From the NCBI GenBank assembly GCA_038727135.1, contig JAVYWL010000001.1:576001-640000 (forward strand): a stretch of 64,000 nucleotides of DNA. The letters run 5' to 3'. Each line of letters opens with the position of its first letter. Within the stretch, counting starts at the first letter, position 1. The translations under genes and the position numbers were made by a program. This document shows, one piece after another, positions 19,670 to 28,733 of the stretch. Below the pieces are notes generated by a model, which saw nothing but the letters and a program-made list of their open reading frames with translations, was not told the DNA's origin and did no database searches. The stretch comes from Candidatus Bathyarchaeia archaeon (GTDB lineage Archaea; Thermoproteota; Bathyarchaeia; Bathyarchaeales; Bathycorpusculaceae).

Positions 19670-20314
19670 ATGGACAAGCCATATTTCCACCAAATTTTCA
19701 CTCCAGTGTTGGAAAATCCTATTTTCGTTCAGGGATTACCCGGGTTTGGTAATGTTGGAAAGATTGCAGCCCATCTTCTGATAAAGTTTTGCGGAGCTAG
19801 GCCATTTGCGGAACTGTATGCACCATACTTTCCAGACTACGTATCTGTGGACTCGGGTGGTGTTTGCCGCTTGCCAAAATACGAGTTTTACGCTGCACCC
19901 ATGGAAAAAAACGACTTCATAATACTAACTGGAGATACACAACCATCCTTCGAAGATGTTGTCGCCTACTACGAGTTATGCGGCGAAATATTAAATTTTG
20001 CCATCGAACACAACTGCAGCCTAATAATAACGATGGGCGGAATACCAACAGCAGAAAACACCTCACAAGTTTACGTTGCCGCCACATCGCCTAGGCTTGC
20101 AATGGATTTTATGGAGAAGGGCGCCATACTATACAGCAAGGGAAGAATAGCGGGAGCCACCGGTCTCATGCTCGGAATGGCAAAAGAACAAGGCTTAGAC
20201 GGTATATGCCTTTTAGGGGCAACAACGGGTTTTAAGGCTGATCGCGGAGCCGGATTTTCAGTTTTCAAATTCCTGATGAAAGCCCTAGGGAACGAAGTTA
20301 AGGAAGGGTTATAA
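19670..20314 (+). CDS. PAC2 family (proteasome assembly chaperone-like) protein
   Basis: QGLPG.GNVGKIAA, GDTQP, TMGG, IAGATGLML, ICLLGAT. Confidence 0.85.
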   Translation: MDKPYFHQIFTPVLENPIFVQGLPGFGNVGKIAAHLLIKFCGARPFAELYAPYFPDYVSVDSGGVCRLPKYEFYAAPMEKNDFIILTGDTQPSFEDVVAYYELCGEILNFAIEHNCSLIITMGGIPTAENTSQVYVAATSPRLAMDFMEKGAILYSKGRIAGATGLMLGMAKEQGLDGICLLGATTGFKADRGAGFSVFKFLMKALGNEVKEGL

Positions 20315-20366
20315 GCAATTTTATTTATTAAATGCTTGCTGACCCAAAAGGTGAGGATTGAAAGCC

Positions 20367-20612
20367 ATGAGTGAAGATAGAGGAGAACGTGGAGGAGGAA
20401 AAACTGCGCGGTTTGATTTGAATTCAAGGTTCTGGCGAGTTTTGCTCACATTGCTTTCTGCACTTTTAACGTTTGGCGGACCCTATTTGGTTCCAGTGCT
20501 TTTCAGAGCTTTAGACTTAAGCTATGTCATCTCGGTGATTTCGGGACTTATCGTATTTTTAATCGGCTTGACGCTTATGTTGTTTCTGATCAAGAGAAAG
20601 GTGATTTCTTAA
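20367..20612 (+). CDS. Small membrane protein with two TM helices
   Basis: Two hydrophobic segments; GGTGAGG RBS. Confidence 0.65.
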   Translation: MSEDRGERGGGKTARFDLNSRFWRVLLTLLSALLTFGGPYLVPVLFRALDLSYVISVISGLIVFLIGLTLMLFLIKRKVIS

Positions 20613-20621
20613 GGGGTTTGT

Positions 20622-20676
20622 GCCTCAGATACCCCAGGGAGCATCATCTTTTCAGCGTTTAGAGCTCTTCATCGGC
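20622..20676 (-). ncRNA. Box C/D guide sRNA
   Basis: GCC-g-ATGAAGA(C)-GCTCTAAACG-CTGA(D')-AAAG-ATGATGC(C')-TCCCTGGGGTAT-CTGA(D)-GGC; terminal stem, canonical spacing. Confidence 0.85.
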
Positions 20677-20807
20677 GATAAATTATGCTGTATAGGTTGT
20701 TAAAAAGCGTTCGGTTGTGGTTCTTTTTCGTTACGGAACAAAGCATATAAAGTATGCTTAAAGATATACTAATTATGCAAGGTGAAAAAGAGGAACACGT
20801 AAACAAG

Positions 20808-21344
20808 ATGCTTGAGAAGAATAAAGGTGCTGCTAAAAGAACAACAATAATCCTTGAAAAAGAGGAACGCGAGTTTATTGACAAGCTTATCAAAGAAGGA
20901 AAGGAACCTGGCATAAAACCTCTCATCTCTAAGATGCTTGACGTTTATAGAAGCATGATGATCTACGATTGGCGTTTCCCAGGCGAATATTATTGCGGAA
21001 TAAGCCGCATAGCCTTCCTAAACATAGAATTGGTAAACATACTAATCCAAAACATCCCAAAAGAGAGATGGAGAGAAATTGGACGGAAAATGGGTGAGGC
21101 AACAAAAGTTTCCATGGAAGCCACATTAGGCATACAAACATCGAACCCGGAAAAGTGGCAAGAGGTTTTCAAACGCTTGAGGGTTCAAGGCTTTGGGGAC
21201 TTCTACCTTAAAGATAAGTATCTTTTGATAAAGGCTCCGTTTATAAGCGAGTCTGAAATCTGGGCTGGATTTTTAGAGGGCTTGCTGGGTGTAGAATTAG
21301 ATATAAAAACGTTCACTCCGCCCTTTGTTTTTGAAATTAAGTAA
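20808..21344 (+). CDS. Putative regulator: RHH-like N-terminus plus V4R-like domain
   Basis: KRTTIILE...IDKLI; SRIAFL...REIGRKMG...QGFGDF; start uncertain (20775 also possible). Confidence 0.6.
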   Translation: MLEKNKGAAKRTTIILEKEEREFIDKLIKEGKEPGIKPLISKMLDVYRSMMIYDWRFPGEYYCGISRIAFLNIELVNILIQNIPKERWREIGRKMGEATKVSMEATLGIQTSNPEKWQEVFKRLRVQGFGDFYLKDKYLLIKAPFISESEIWAGFLEGLLGVELDIKTFTPPFVFEIK

Positions 21345-21411
21345 TAAGGCTCTGATCGCATTTCTCACTAAGCGAGAAAGCTTAAATTGTTGCATTTTTA
21401 TATTAAAATAT

Positions 21412-21708
21412 GTGAAAAAATTGAAAGAACAAATTAATGGCCATAAAATATGCGACGCTTTAAGCGATCCCACAAGGACAAAGATATTCAGATACCTTTT
21501 GCAAGCATATCCAGAAGCCAAAACAATTAATGAAATAGAGAAAATTCTCCCTAAACCAGTTTCAGCCACAACAATATCTTTCCACCTAAAAAAGCTTCGT
21601 GAAGCAGGATTAATAGTGACCAACGGACATAAAAAGGGGTTTAGAGCCGCCTACAAAGCCTTGAAAATAGGGTTTAACAACAACGGTTTTCATGTAGAGG
21701 AGAAATGA
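21412..21708 (+). CDS. ArsR-family HTH regulator
   Basis: ALSDPTRTKI...TISFHLKKLREAGLI; start uncertain. Confidence 0.8.
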   Translation: MKKLKEQINGHKICDALSDPTRTKIFRYLLQAYPEAKTINEIEKILPKPVSATTISFHLKKLREAGLIVTNGHKKGFRAAYKALKIGFNNNGFHVEEK

Positions 21709-22760
21709 AAATGAGAGAAGCCATGCTTTATGAAAAGCTTGAGGGTAAAAAGGTTAAATGTAATTTATGTGGCAGGAGATGCACAATAAACAATGGCGGA
21801 ACAGGCTTCTGTCTCGTAAGAAAGAACAATGAAGGCACCCTTTACTCACTTGTTTACGGAAAAGCCATATCCGCATGTATAGACCCTATCGGCAAAAAGC
21901 CTCTTTCACATTTCCATCCGGGAGCGTCTGTCATGTCTATTGCCACAATCGGCTGTAACTTCCGTTGTCAATTTTGCGACAATTGGATGATAAGTCAGGA
22001 AAAGAAGATCGCTGGAAGAGATTTCCCACCAGAAGAGGTTGTTAAGGCTACTAGAGACAATGGCTGTCAAGGCATAAGTTACACGTACACTGAGCCAACA
22101 ATATTTTTTGAATACGCATACGAGACGGCTAAACTTGCGCATCAAGTCGGCTTTTTCAACACTTTTGTTACGAATGGGTATATGACACCAGAGGCTGTCA
22201 AGACCATAGCGCCATATCTAGACGCTGCAACTGTAGATTTTAAAGGCGGGGGTGACCCTGACTTTTATAGAGTTTTTTCGGCTGTTCCATCAGTTGAACC
22301 CATCTACGAGTCTTTAAAGGAGATGAAAAGGAACGGCATCCACATTGAAATTACGAATTTGGTTGTGCCGAAAATAGGGGATTCCATTGAAAGGATAAAA
22401 GAGTTGGCAGCTTGGATAAGGGAAAATCTTGGAGAAGACACGCCTTTTCACTTATTGCGTTTCCACCCAGACTATCAACTTACCAATATTCCATCAACGC
22501 CTATCAAGACTTTGGAGAAGGCTTACGCTGCCGCTAAGAGTGTTGGCTTAAACTACGTTTATATTGGGAATGTTCCGGGGCATCCAGCTGAGAACACTTA
22601 TTGCCCAGGCTGCAATGAACTTTTAATTAAGCGCTTCAGTTTTGAGATTACAAAGTGGAATTTAACCAAGGATATGCGTTGTCCGGTGTGCGGTCGGGAA
22701 ATTCCAATAAAAGGGAAACTCCATGCTAGTGGCTATGCTTATCCATATGCACTTTTTTAA
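21705..22760 (+). CDS. amrS: AmmeMemoRadiSam system radical SAM enzyme
   Basis: CNLC.RRC...GFC.VR.N, DPI.KKPL.HF, GCNFRCQFCDNW, YTYTEP, NTYCPGC. Confidence 0.9.
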   Translation: MKMREAMLYEKLEGKKVKCNLCGRRCTINNGGTGFCLVRKNNEGTLYSLVYGKAISACIDPIGKKPLSHFHPGASVMSIATIGCNFRCQFCDNWMISQEKKIAGRDFPPEEVVKATRDNGCQGISYTYTEPTIFFEYAYETAKLAHQVGFFNTFVTNGYMTPEAVKTIAPYLDAATVDFKGGGDPDFYRVFSAVPSVEPIYESLKEMKRNGIHIEITNLVVPKIGDSIERIKELAAWIRENLGEDTPFHLLRFHPDYQLTNIPSTPIKTLEKAYAAAKSVGLNYVYIGNVPGHPAENTYCPGCNELLIKRFSFEITKWNLTKDMRCPVCGREIPIKGKLHASGYAYPYALF

Positions 22761-22795
22761 ATGATTTTTGCGCCTTGAATTCTGGTTGAGCAGCG

Positions 22796-23887
22796 ATGTG
22801 GAGGATTATTCGTCCAGACGCTGTGGCTGTACTGAACGACAAGATGGCGAGGAGAAGCCTAGCTAGGTATTTTGCCGTAATGCAAAATGAAAAACCAGCA
22901 AAGTTTCTGATAGCCAAAATGCTTCCGGCCGACTTCAAAGAAAATGCTACCCTAGAGGAACTTTGGCAGATCCATAGAGAACTCACAAGACTATTCTGTG
23001 AATTCGAAAAAGAAATTGATACCAAAAAGAAAAGCTTGGACGAAATGCCAAAGCCTGAAAAATCCTACCTAGACTTAAAAATCGCAATTGCTAGGCGTAT
23101 ACTCGAAAAATGCCATTTCTGTGTTCGAAGGTGCGGAGTGAACAGGCTTGCGGATGAGCGAGGCTTCTGCAAATGTGGAAACGTGATAACTGTTTCAAGC
23201 ATTTTTGAGCACATGGGTGAGGAACCAGAACTTGTGCCTTCCGGAACCATATTCACTATGGGATGCACCATGCGCTGTAAGCACTGTCAAAACTGGACGA
23301 TATCCCAGTGGATTGAAAGCGGGGAACCGTACGAGCCGGAAAGACTAGCAGACGAGGTTAAAGAATTGCGCAGAGGTGGATGCAGAAACGCAAACCTTGT
23401 TGGTGGAGAACCAACACCGTGGCTAGAACAGTGGCTTGAAACATTCAAACACGTGAATGTTAACATACCCGTTGTTTGGAACTCAAACACCTATTACAGC
23501 AAAGAAACAGCCCAGCTTCTAGCTGGCTTTGCGGACGTTTACCTACTCGACTTTAAGTATGGACCAGGAGGCTGCGCTGAGAGAATTTCGGAAGCTCCAA
23601 ACTATTGGGAAGTGTGCACTCAAAACCATTTGGTTGCTAGAGAATATGGCGAACTTATAGTACGTGTTTTAGTTTTGCCCGGGCATCTCGAATGTTGTAC
23701 AAAGCCCATACTGAACTGGATAGCTGAAAACCTTGATAAAGAAACCAGAGTAAATGTCATGTTCCAATACCGACCGGAATGGCGGGCGTACGAAATCCCG
23801 GAACTTCGACGAAGACTGACAAGGGACGAAATGGATAGGGCTATTAAGCTCGCGAAAGAAGCTGGATTAGTGAACTTTATAACGTGA
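22796..23887 (+). CDS. PflX-like radical SAM protein
   Basis: CHFC.RRCGVNR...GFC.C, HMGEEPELVPSGTIF..GCTMRCKHCQN, DFKYG. Confidence 0.88.
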   Translation: MWRIIRPDAVAVLNDKMARRSLARYFAVMQNEKPAKFLIAKMLPADFKENATLEELWQIHRELTRLFCEFEKEIDTKKKSLDEMPKPEKSYLDLKIAIARRILEKCHFCVRRCGVNRLADERGFCKCGNVITVSSIFEHMGEEPELVPSGTIFTMGCTMRCKHCQNWTISQWIESGEPYEPERLADEVKELRRGGCRNANLVGGEPTPWLEQWLETFKHVNVNIPVVWNSNTYYSKETAQLLAGFADVYLLDFKYGPGGCAERISEAPNYWEVCTQNHLVAREYGELIVRVLVLPGHLECCTKPILNWIAENLDKETRVNVMFQYRPEWRAYEIPELRRRLTRDEMDRAIKLAKEAGLVNFIT

Positions 23888-23951
23888 GCTGCATGTTCAT
23901 CGAAAGCTATTTCTTAAAGCCCACCCCTTCTTAACGTGGAAAGTGGTTAAG

Positions 23952-24161
23952 ATGCCATACTGTCCAGAATGCGGTGGCGAGATGCGCTACATAATAGCCA
24001 CCAAACACTATGTCTGCCAAAGTTGCGGGCTTTCAGTGACACAGCAAGAACTCATAGAGATTAGGGAAAAATTGCGACCTCCAGTTGAGGGCGAGGAGGA
24101 TGAAAAGGAAAGACGGAGAAAGGAATACTTGAAATGGTGGCTAAGTAGCAAAAAGAAATAA
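23952..24161 (+). CDS. Small zinc-ribbon protein
   Basis: CPECGG...CQSCG; basic C-terminus. Confidence 0.75.
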   Translation: MPYCPECGGEMRYIIATKHYVCQSCGLSVTQQELIEIREKLRPPVEGEEDEKERRRKEYLKWWLSSKKK

Positions 24162-24251
24162 AGCTCCGAAAATCTCGTGTTTAATGTTTGTTGGCAAACA
24201 GCATAAAAGAATGAAACTTATCCCTAAATTATGCTTGTATGAGGTGCAAAT

Positions 24252-25067
24252 ATGAGTGTGCAGATGGAAATTATTTGCGTCGGCAACGAGCTATTAATCG
24301 GGAAAACGCTAAACACAAACGCCCAATGGCTTGCCAAACGTGCCACATCATTGGGGGTTACCCTTAAAAGGATAACAGTTGTCGGCGATGACGTTGACGA
24401 AATTGCTTGCGCCGTGCGCGAAGCACTAGATCGAAAACCACGCTTCATAATCACGACGGGCGGATTGGGACCCACTTTTGATGACAAAACATTGGAGGGG
24501 ATAGCAAAAGCCATAAACCGCAGGTTAGAACTCAACGAAAAAGCCCTTGAAATGGTTAGAAAAAAGTATGAGGAGTATGCCAAAGCTAGAAAAATCAACG
24601 CTATTGAGATGACGGCACATAGAATTAAAATGGCAAAACTTCCGGAAGGCGCTGAACCATTGCCGAATCCCGTTGGTACAGCACCAGGAGTTCTAGTGAG
24701 AATAGGCGGCACCGATCTGATTGCTTTGCCCGGCGTTCCATCCGAAATGGAAGCAATTTTTGATGAGCATGTAGTCGATATGCTTAAGAAAGAAACGGGT
24801 GACATGACATTCTTTGAAGCCAGCATATACGCAGATAATATAATGGAGTCAGCTCTGGCCCCACTCATTGACATCGCAATGCGTGACAACCCTTATGTTT
24901 ACATAAAATCTCATCCAAAAGGCGCGGAGAAAAAACCACACATAGAAATCCATTTATCAACAACGGCCAAGAATTCTAAAACTGCAAAAGATCGCATTGG
25001 AAGAGCCATAATCCAACTTTCAGAACTGATAAAAGAAAGGGGCGGAAAAGTTAAACTTAAGGAATAA
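24252..25067 (+). CDS. CinA N-terminal-like molybdopterin-binding domain protein
   Basis: VGNELLIG...NTNA, VGDD, TGGLGPTFDD.T, NPVGTAPG, LPGVP.EM. Confidence 0.88.
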   Translation: MSVQMEIICVGNELLIGKTLNTNAQWLAKRATSLGVTLKRITVVGDDVDEIACAVREALDRKPRFIITTGGLGPTFDDKTLEGIAKAINRRLELNEKALEMVRKKYEEYAKARKINAIEMTAHRIKMAKLPEGAEPLPNPVGTAPGVLVRIGGTDLIALPGVPSEMEAIFDEHVVDMLKKETGDMTFFEASIYADNIMESALAPLIDIAMRDNPYVYIKSHPKGAEKKPHIEIHLSTTAKNSKTAKDRIGRAIIQLSELIKERGGKVKLKE

Positions 25068-25071
25068 AATA

Positions 25072-25166
25072 AAAACATATGGTTGCGATGATGAGCAGGC
25101 TAGATGCTGATAACATTTTTGCTAGATGATTGAAAATCCGGGTTCACCAAAGCAACCATATATTTT
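25072..25166 (+). other. Intergenic element bounded by a 15-bp inverted repeat, containing C-box and D'-box motifs
   Basis: AAAACATATGGTTGC ... GCAACCATATATTTT (14/15); ATGATGA at 25088, CTGA at 25107. Confidence 0.4.
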
Positions 25167-25226
25167 AACCTTATTGATTACGGTTTCATAAAAGCCATAA
25201 ATAGCCTTAAATAACGATTCGAGAAG

Positions 25227-26366
25227 ATGAAGCCGAAATTCGTCAAAACTTTAACAATGCTTCTCGTTCTTTCCGCATTTTCCTACATGCTTTCATCATG
25301 CTTTTCAGAAAGTTATACTCGCACTTACAATCTTTTAGATCGACCAAATGGCGTGAGGCTGTATGGATTAAACGTTGTTGTCACGCGAGCACTCTACGAA
25401 TATTATGTTGGACAGAGTCATAGGCAAGTCTCAGAAGCAGATTTTCCAAAATTTGTTACACCATACACGCTACTGCCAATTGCAGAAAAACTTTGGGAAA
25501 TTTATCAAGGTGACTGTGAAAATTTTGCAAACGGGGTTTTAATGATTGTTCACCAAATACCTTACGAAGTAACAGTGTCCGCTAAATATCCAATTGAAAC
25601 AATTGTGGAAAACAAAGGCGATTGTGACTTGTTTAGTTACGTGGCAGCCTCGATAATGAAGGCTGGAGGTCTCGATGTTGTTCTTCTGTATTATGAGAAT
25701 AAGGCACACATGAATGTTGGTGTTGGTCTTCCGAATCCACCACGCTACGCAAGAACACAAGCCTATTATGTGAACTATAATGGCGTCAAATATTATATCG
25801 CAGAATGCACTGGCGGAAATTGGAGAGATGGATGGAGAGTTGGAGAATGTCCGCCGGACTTAATTGATGAAAACCCCATAATTGTCACGCTTGAAAATTG
25901 CGAGCAGTGGTCACCAGGACAAGTAGCGGCAAGTTACACAACATTGGCATCTTCAACATTATCTCTAACTGTTTCATCAACTCTTGTTATACAAGGAAGC
26001 GCAATAACCCTTTCTGGACAACTTATACCAAAATTGTCAAACGAAAAAATAACTATCTACGTTAAAATGGGAGGTGCCCAATGGATTGCAGCAAACATAA
26101 CAACCACGGATCCTGCTGGTCAATTTGTATGCACTCTTAACCTTAATGAAGCAGGCACATGTTTAATTCGTGCAAGCTGGTCTGGAAACAGTGATTACGG
26201 TGGAACAGACAGCCCAATTATAACCGTAACCATACTACCCGCTTACTTTATTATGCTTATAATAATTGTTGCAGTTTTGATTTGTGTAAGCGTAACCATA
26301 TTTATACTGTCAAGACAAAAATATCGAGAAATAGGAGAGCTGAAACTTCCAGAAATATCAACGTGA
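25227..26366 (+). CDS. Membrane-anchored surface protein with transglutaminase-like and Ig-like domains
   Basis: Signal peptide; YP.ET.....GDCD, HM.VGV, YY.AECT; Ig-like segment; C-terminal TM. Confidence 0.75.
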   Translation: MKPKFVKTLTMLLVLSAFSYMLSSCFSESYTRTYNLLDRPNGVRLYGLNVVVTRALYEYYVGQSHRQVSEADFPKFVTPYTLLPIAEKLWEIYQGDCENFANGVLMIVHQIPYEVTVSAKYPIETIVENKGDCDLFSYVAASIMKAGGLDVVLLYYENKAHMNVGVGLPNPPRYARTQAYYVNYNGVKYYIAECTGGNWRDGWRVGECPPDLIDENPIIVTLENCEQWSPGQVAASYTTLASSTLSLTVSSTLVIQGSAITLSGQLIPKLSNEKITIYVKMGGAQWIAANITTTDPAGQFVCTLNLNEAGTCLIRASWSGNSDYGGTDSPIITVTILPAYFIMLIIIVAVLICVSVTIFILSRQKYREIGELKLPEIST

Positions 26367-26431
26367 TAGGAAAAGCTTTTACCATCGAATATTGGTTTAT
26401 TGAATTAAAATCATCTTATAAGTGAACTGAA

Positions 26432-27193
26432 ATGTTTATTGTGTTTATCATTGGAACAGCTGGCTCTGGAAAGTCTCTGCTCACAGCAGCCTTTAGCGAA
26501 TGGTTAAGACTTTCGAAGCAAGACGTTGCAATAGTGAATTTAGATCCGGGAGCCTTAACACTGCCGTACACGCCTGACGTGGACGCTCGTGACTACATAA
26601 GCGTGGACAAAATCATGGAAGAGTACGGTTTGGGACCCAATGGCGCCCTAATAATGGCTGCAGACCTTTTAGCCGAGGAAATTGAAAATATTTCAAAGGA
26701 CGTAGAAGATTTAAAATCAGACATTGTTTTGGTTGATACTCCAGGGCAGATGGAATTATTTGCTTTTAGGGCAAGCGGACCCTACATAGCTAGCGAATTA
26801 ACCAGAGAGCCAAAAGCCATAGTCTACCTTTTCGACGCTGTATTTTCGCTAAATCCGCTTAATTATGTTTCAAATTTGTTCCTTTCAGCAGCCGTTTATA
26901 ATCGCTTTCTGCTACCTCAAGTGCATGTACTTTCAAAATGCGACTTGCTTTCAGAAGGAGACGTTAACAAAATTGTAGACTGGTCGGCAAATCCAAAAGC
27001 ATTGGAAGCAGCCATTGAACAAAAGCTTGAAGGTACAAAGCGTCTCTTAAGCAGAAACATGATGAAGGCTATTTATCAGCTTGGTTTGAAGTTCCTTCTT
27101 ATTCCAGTTTCAGCGAAAACAAATGAGGGGATGGTCAACTTTAACATGGCTTTGGAACGCATACTTGCAGGAGGAGATAAATACACATACTAA
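26432..27193 (+). CDS. GPN-loop GTPase
   Basis: GTAGSGKS, NLDP, GLGPNG, DTPGQMELF, SKCD, VSAK. Confidence 0.93.
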   Translation: MFIVFIIGTAGSGKSLLTAAFSEWLRLSKQDVAIVNLDPGALTLPYTPDVDARDYISVDKIMEEYGLGPNGALIMAADLLAEEIENISKDVEDLKSDIVLVDTPGQMELFAFRASGPYIASELTREPKAIVYLFDAVFSLNPLNYVSNLFLSAAVYNRFLLPQVHVLSKCDLLSEGDVNKIVDWSANPKALEAAIEQKLEGTKRLLSRNMMKAIYQLGLKFLLIPVSAKTNEGMVNFNMALERILAGGDKYTY

Positions 27194-27819
27194 CAATCGT
27201 CAAAAAGTGTCCATGCTGCAGCTGTGGCGCCATACTCTGCCAATTCTAAACTGTCAGCACCTGCAACTACAATAACATCGTTTTCCTCCGGCTGCAAAAG
27301 CGCAATTAGCTTTTCAGCAGTCTTTGGATAATCCCTTGAAAGATCGTCGCAGACAGAAGGAATAACTAATCGTCCATTCTTAAAAATTATAGTGGTGGCG
27401 CCTTTTGCGCCAACTTTAACCGCTGCGTCTCGCTGTTCTATGCCTGATTTAACTCTGTCTCCGCAATTTTTAGCTAGTATGGCAGAGTTGAAGGGCGCCG
27501 GCATAAGTTTGGCTTCTTCTAATTTAGCTCGTTTCCCAAGAGTTTTTCTGTATTCATCAAAAAGTTTAAATCCTTTAACGGTTAACTGACAGCCCGCCCT
27601 CGATGTCGAGATAAGCCCAACTCTTTTTAATCGATTGATAATAGTGCGCACGACACCTTCCCCAACCCTCAGTTCCTCAGCAAGTTTACCCCGCCCCAAT
27701 GGTTTTTCAGAAATTAGCTCCATGATGCGGAGAACATGCAAAACAGAAAACGTAGGAACTGGGCCTATCACTTTTTTGCCAACAATCTTCTCTAAAACAT
27801 TTTTAATCCTGCTCGGCAT
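27190..27819 (-). CDS. wHTH protein with DUF4443-like C-terminal domain
   Basis: LGRGKLAEELRVGEGVVRT; SGIEQRDAAVKVGA.GATT. Confidence 0.75.
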   Translation of the reverse strand: MPSRIKNVLEKIVGKKVIGPVPTFSVLHVLRIMELISEKPLGRGKLAEELRVGEGVVRTIINRLKRVGLISTSRAGCQLTVKGFKLFDEYRKTLGKRAKLEEAKLMPAPFNSAILAKNCGDRVKSGIEQRDAAVKVGAKGATTIIFKNGRLVIPSVCDDLSRDYPKTAEKLIALLQPEENDVIVVAGADSLELAEYGATAAAWTLFDDC

Positions 27820-27912
27820 TTTCTCACAGTTAAAATTTCAGTTTTAAAGGTATAAAATTATCCTTAACTGAAAAGGAGTTGAAATACGAATTAACGAGGT
27901 TACATTGTGTTA

Positions 27913-28293
27913 TTATCTTCTGACATAATATTCTCTTACTATGCCAGCTGTTAATGCGATAAGCCCCACTGCCAACAGGTATAGCATTGGATAGATAAAC
28001 ATTGATAGCATGGATTCATAAGTTAATGTCGGCGGTATCTGCGGGGTGAAAAACACCACAACCCACATTATTACAAAAGTTGAGATGCATCCCAACCCTA
28101 AGCCTACGGAAAGCCCATGTATAAAGCTGCTTCTATCTTGATTATTTGCGTTTAGCTTACTCTGTTCTTTTTGTTCAATTTCTTGTTCTGATGTTTGCTC
28201 TTCTTTTATGGGCTCCTCTGGTACTTGTTCAAGTTCTTGCTGGTTTGGACCTTCGCCAAACTGGGCTTCCGTTTGTGTTTCTTCAACTTCCAT
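27913..28293 (-). CDS. Hypothetical membrane protein with acidic N-terminus
   Basis: Low-complexity E/Q N-terminus plus two TM segments. Confidence 0.65.
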   Translation of the reverse strand: MEVEETQTEAQFGEGPNQQELEQVPEEPIKEEQTSEQEIEQKEQSKLNANNQDRSSFIHGLSVGLGLGCISTFVIMWVVVFFTPQIPPTLTYESMLSMFIYPMLYLLAVGLIALTAGIVREYYVRR

Positions 28294-28382
28294 GCCAATC
28301 GCCTCTTTGAGATTTGGACGTGTAAATTAATAAAATTATTCAATTTTGGATTCGTATTTAGAATAAGAATCCCAAATTAGGT

Positions 28383-28642
28383 TTACCTTTGCAATAATTT
28401 TGGGGCAAGCTTTTCTATGGCGTCCTTAAGCCTATTCCATTCCTCCATGTTTCTTACATTAAACTTATGCTTTCTTTTCCAAGCGCCATCTCTCTTTTGC
28501 CAAAGATACAGTCCAATAGAGCGTCTTCCAAAAGATTCAAAGATTACTATAGCTTCCACCATTTTTCACTTTTAAAGATTGTGATATAATCTATTACTTT
28601 ATAAAATTCGGAGATAGGCAGCTTTTCGCTGGATTCTGTCAT
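28383..28642 (-). pseudogene. Frameshifted small gene (about 86 aa if repaired)
   Basis: MTESSEKLPISEFYKVIDYITIFKSEKWW then the frame changes to EAIVIFESFGRRSIGLYLWQKRDGAWKRKHKF...LQR*; span 260 nt, one base short of 261. Confidence 0.6.
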
Positions 28643-28733
28643 GATATTTGCTCTCCTGCTCTCTATAGTTTCGGATAGGCTATGATTTAAGCGTTTTAAA
28701 CAGGAAAATGTAAGCGCTAAAATTTGAATATTG

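Noticed and set aside
28540-28570. Second BHB intron or programmed frameshift in the small broken gene
   Set aside because: The lesion is a missing base rather than an insertion; no hairpin or canonical slippery heptamer.
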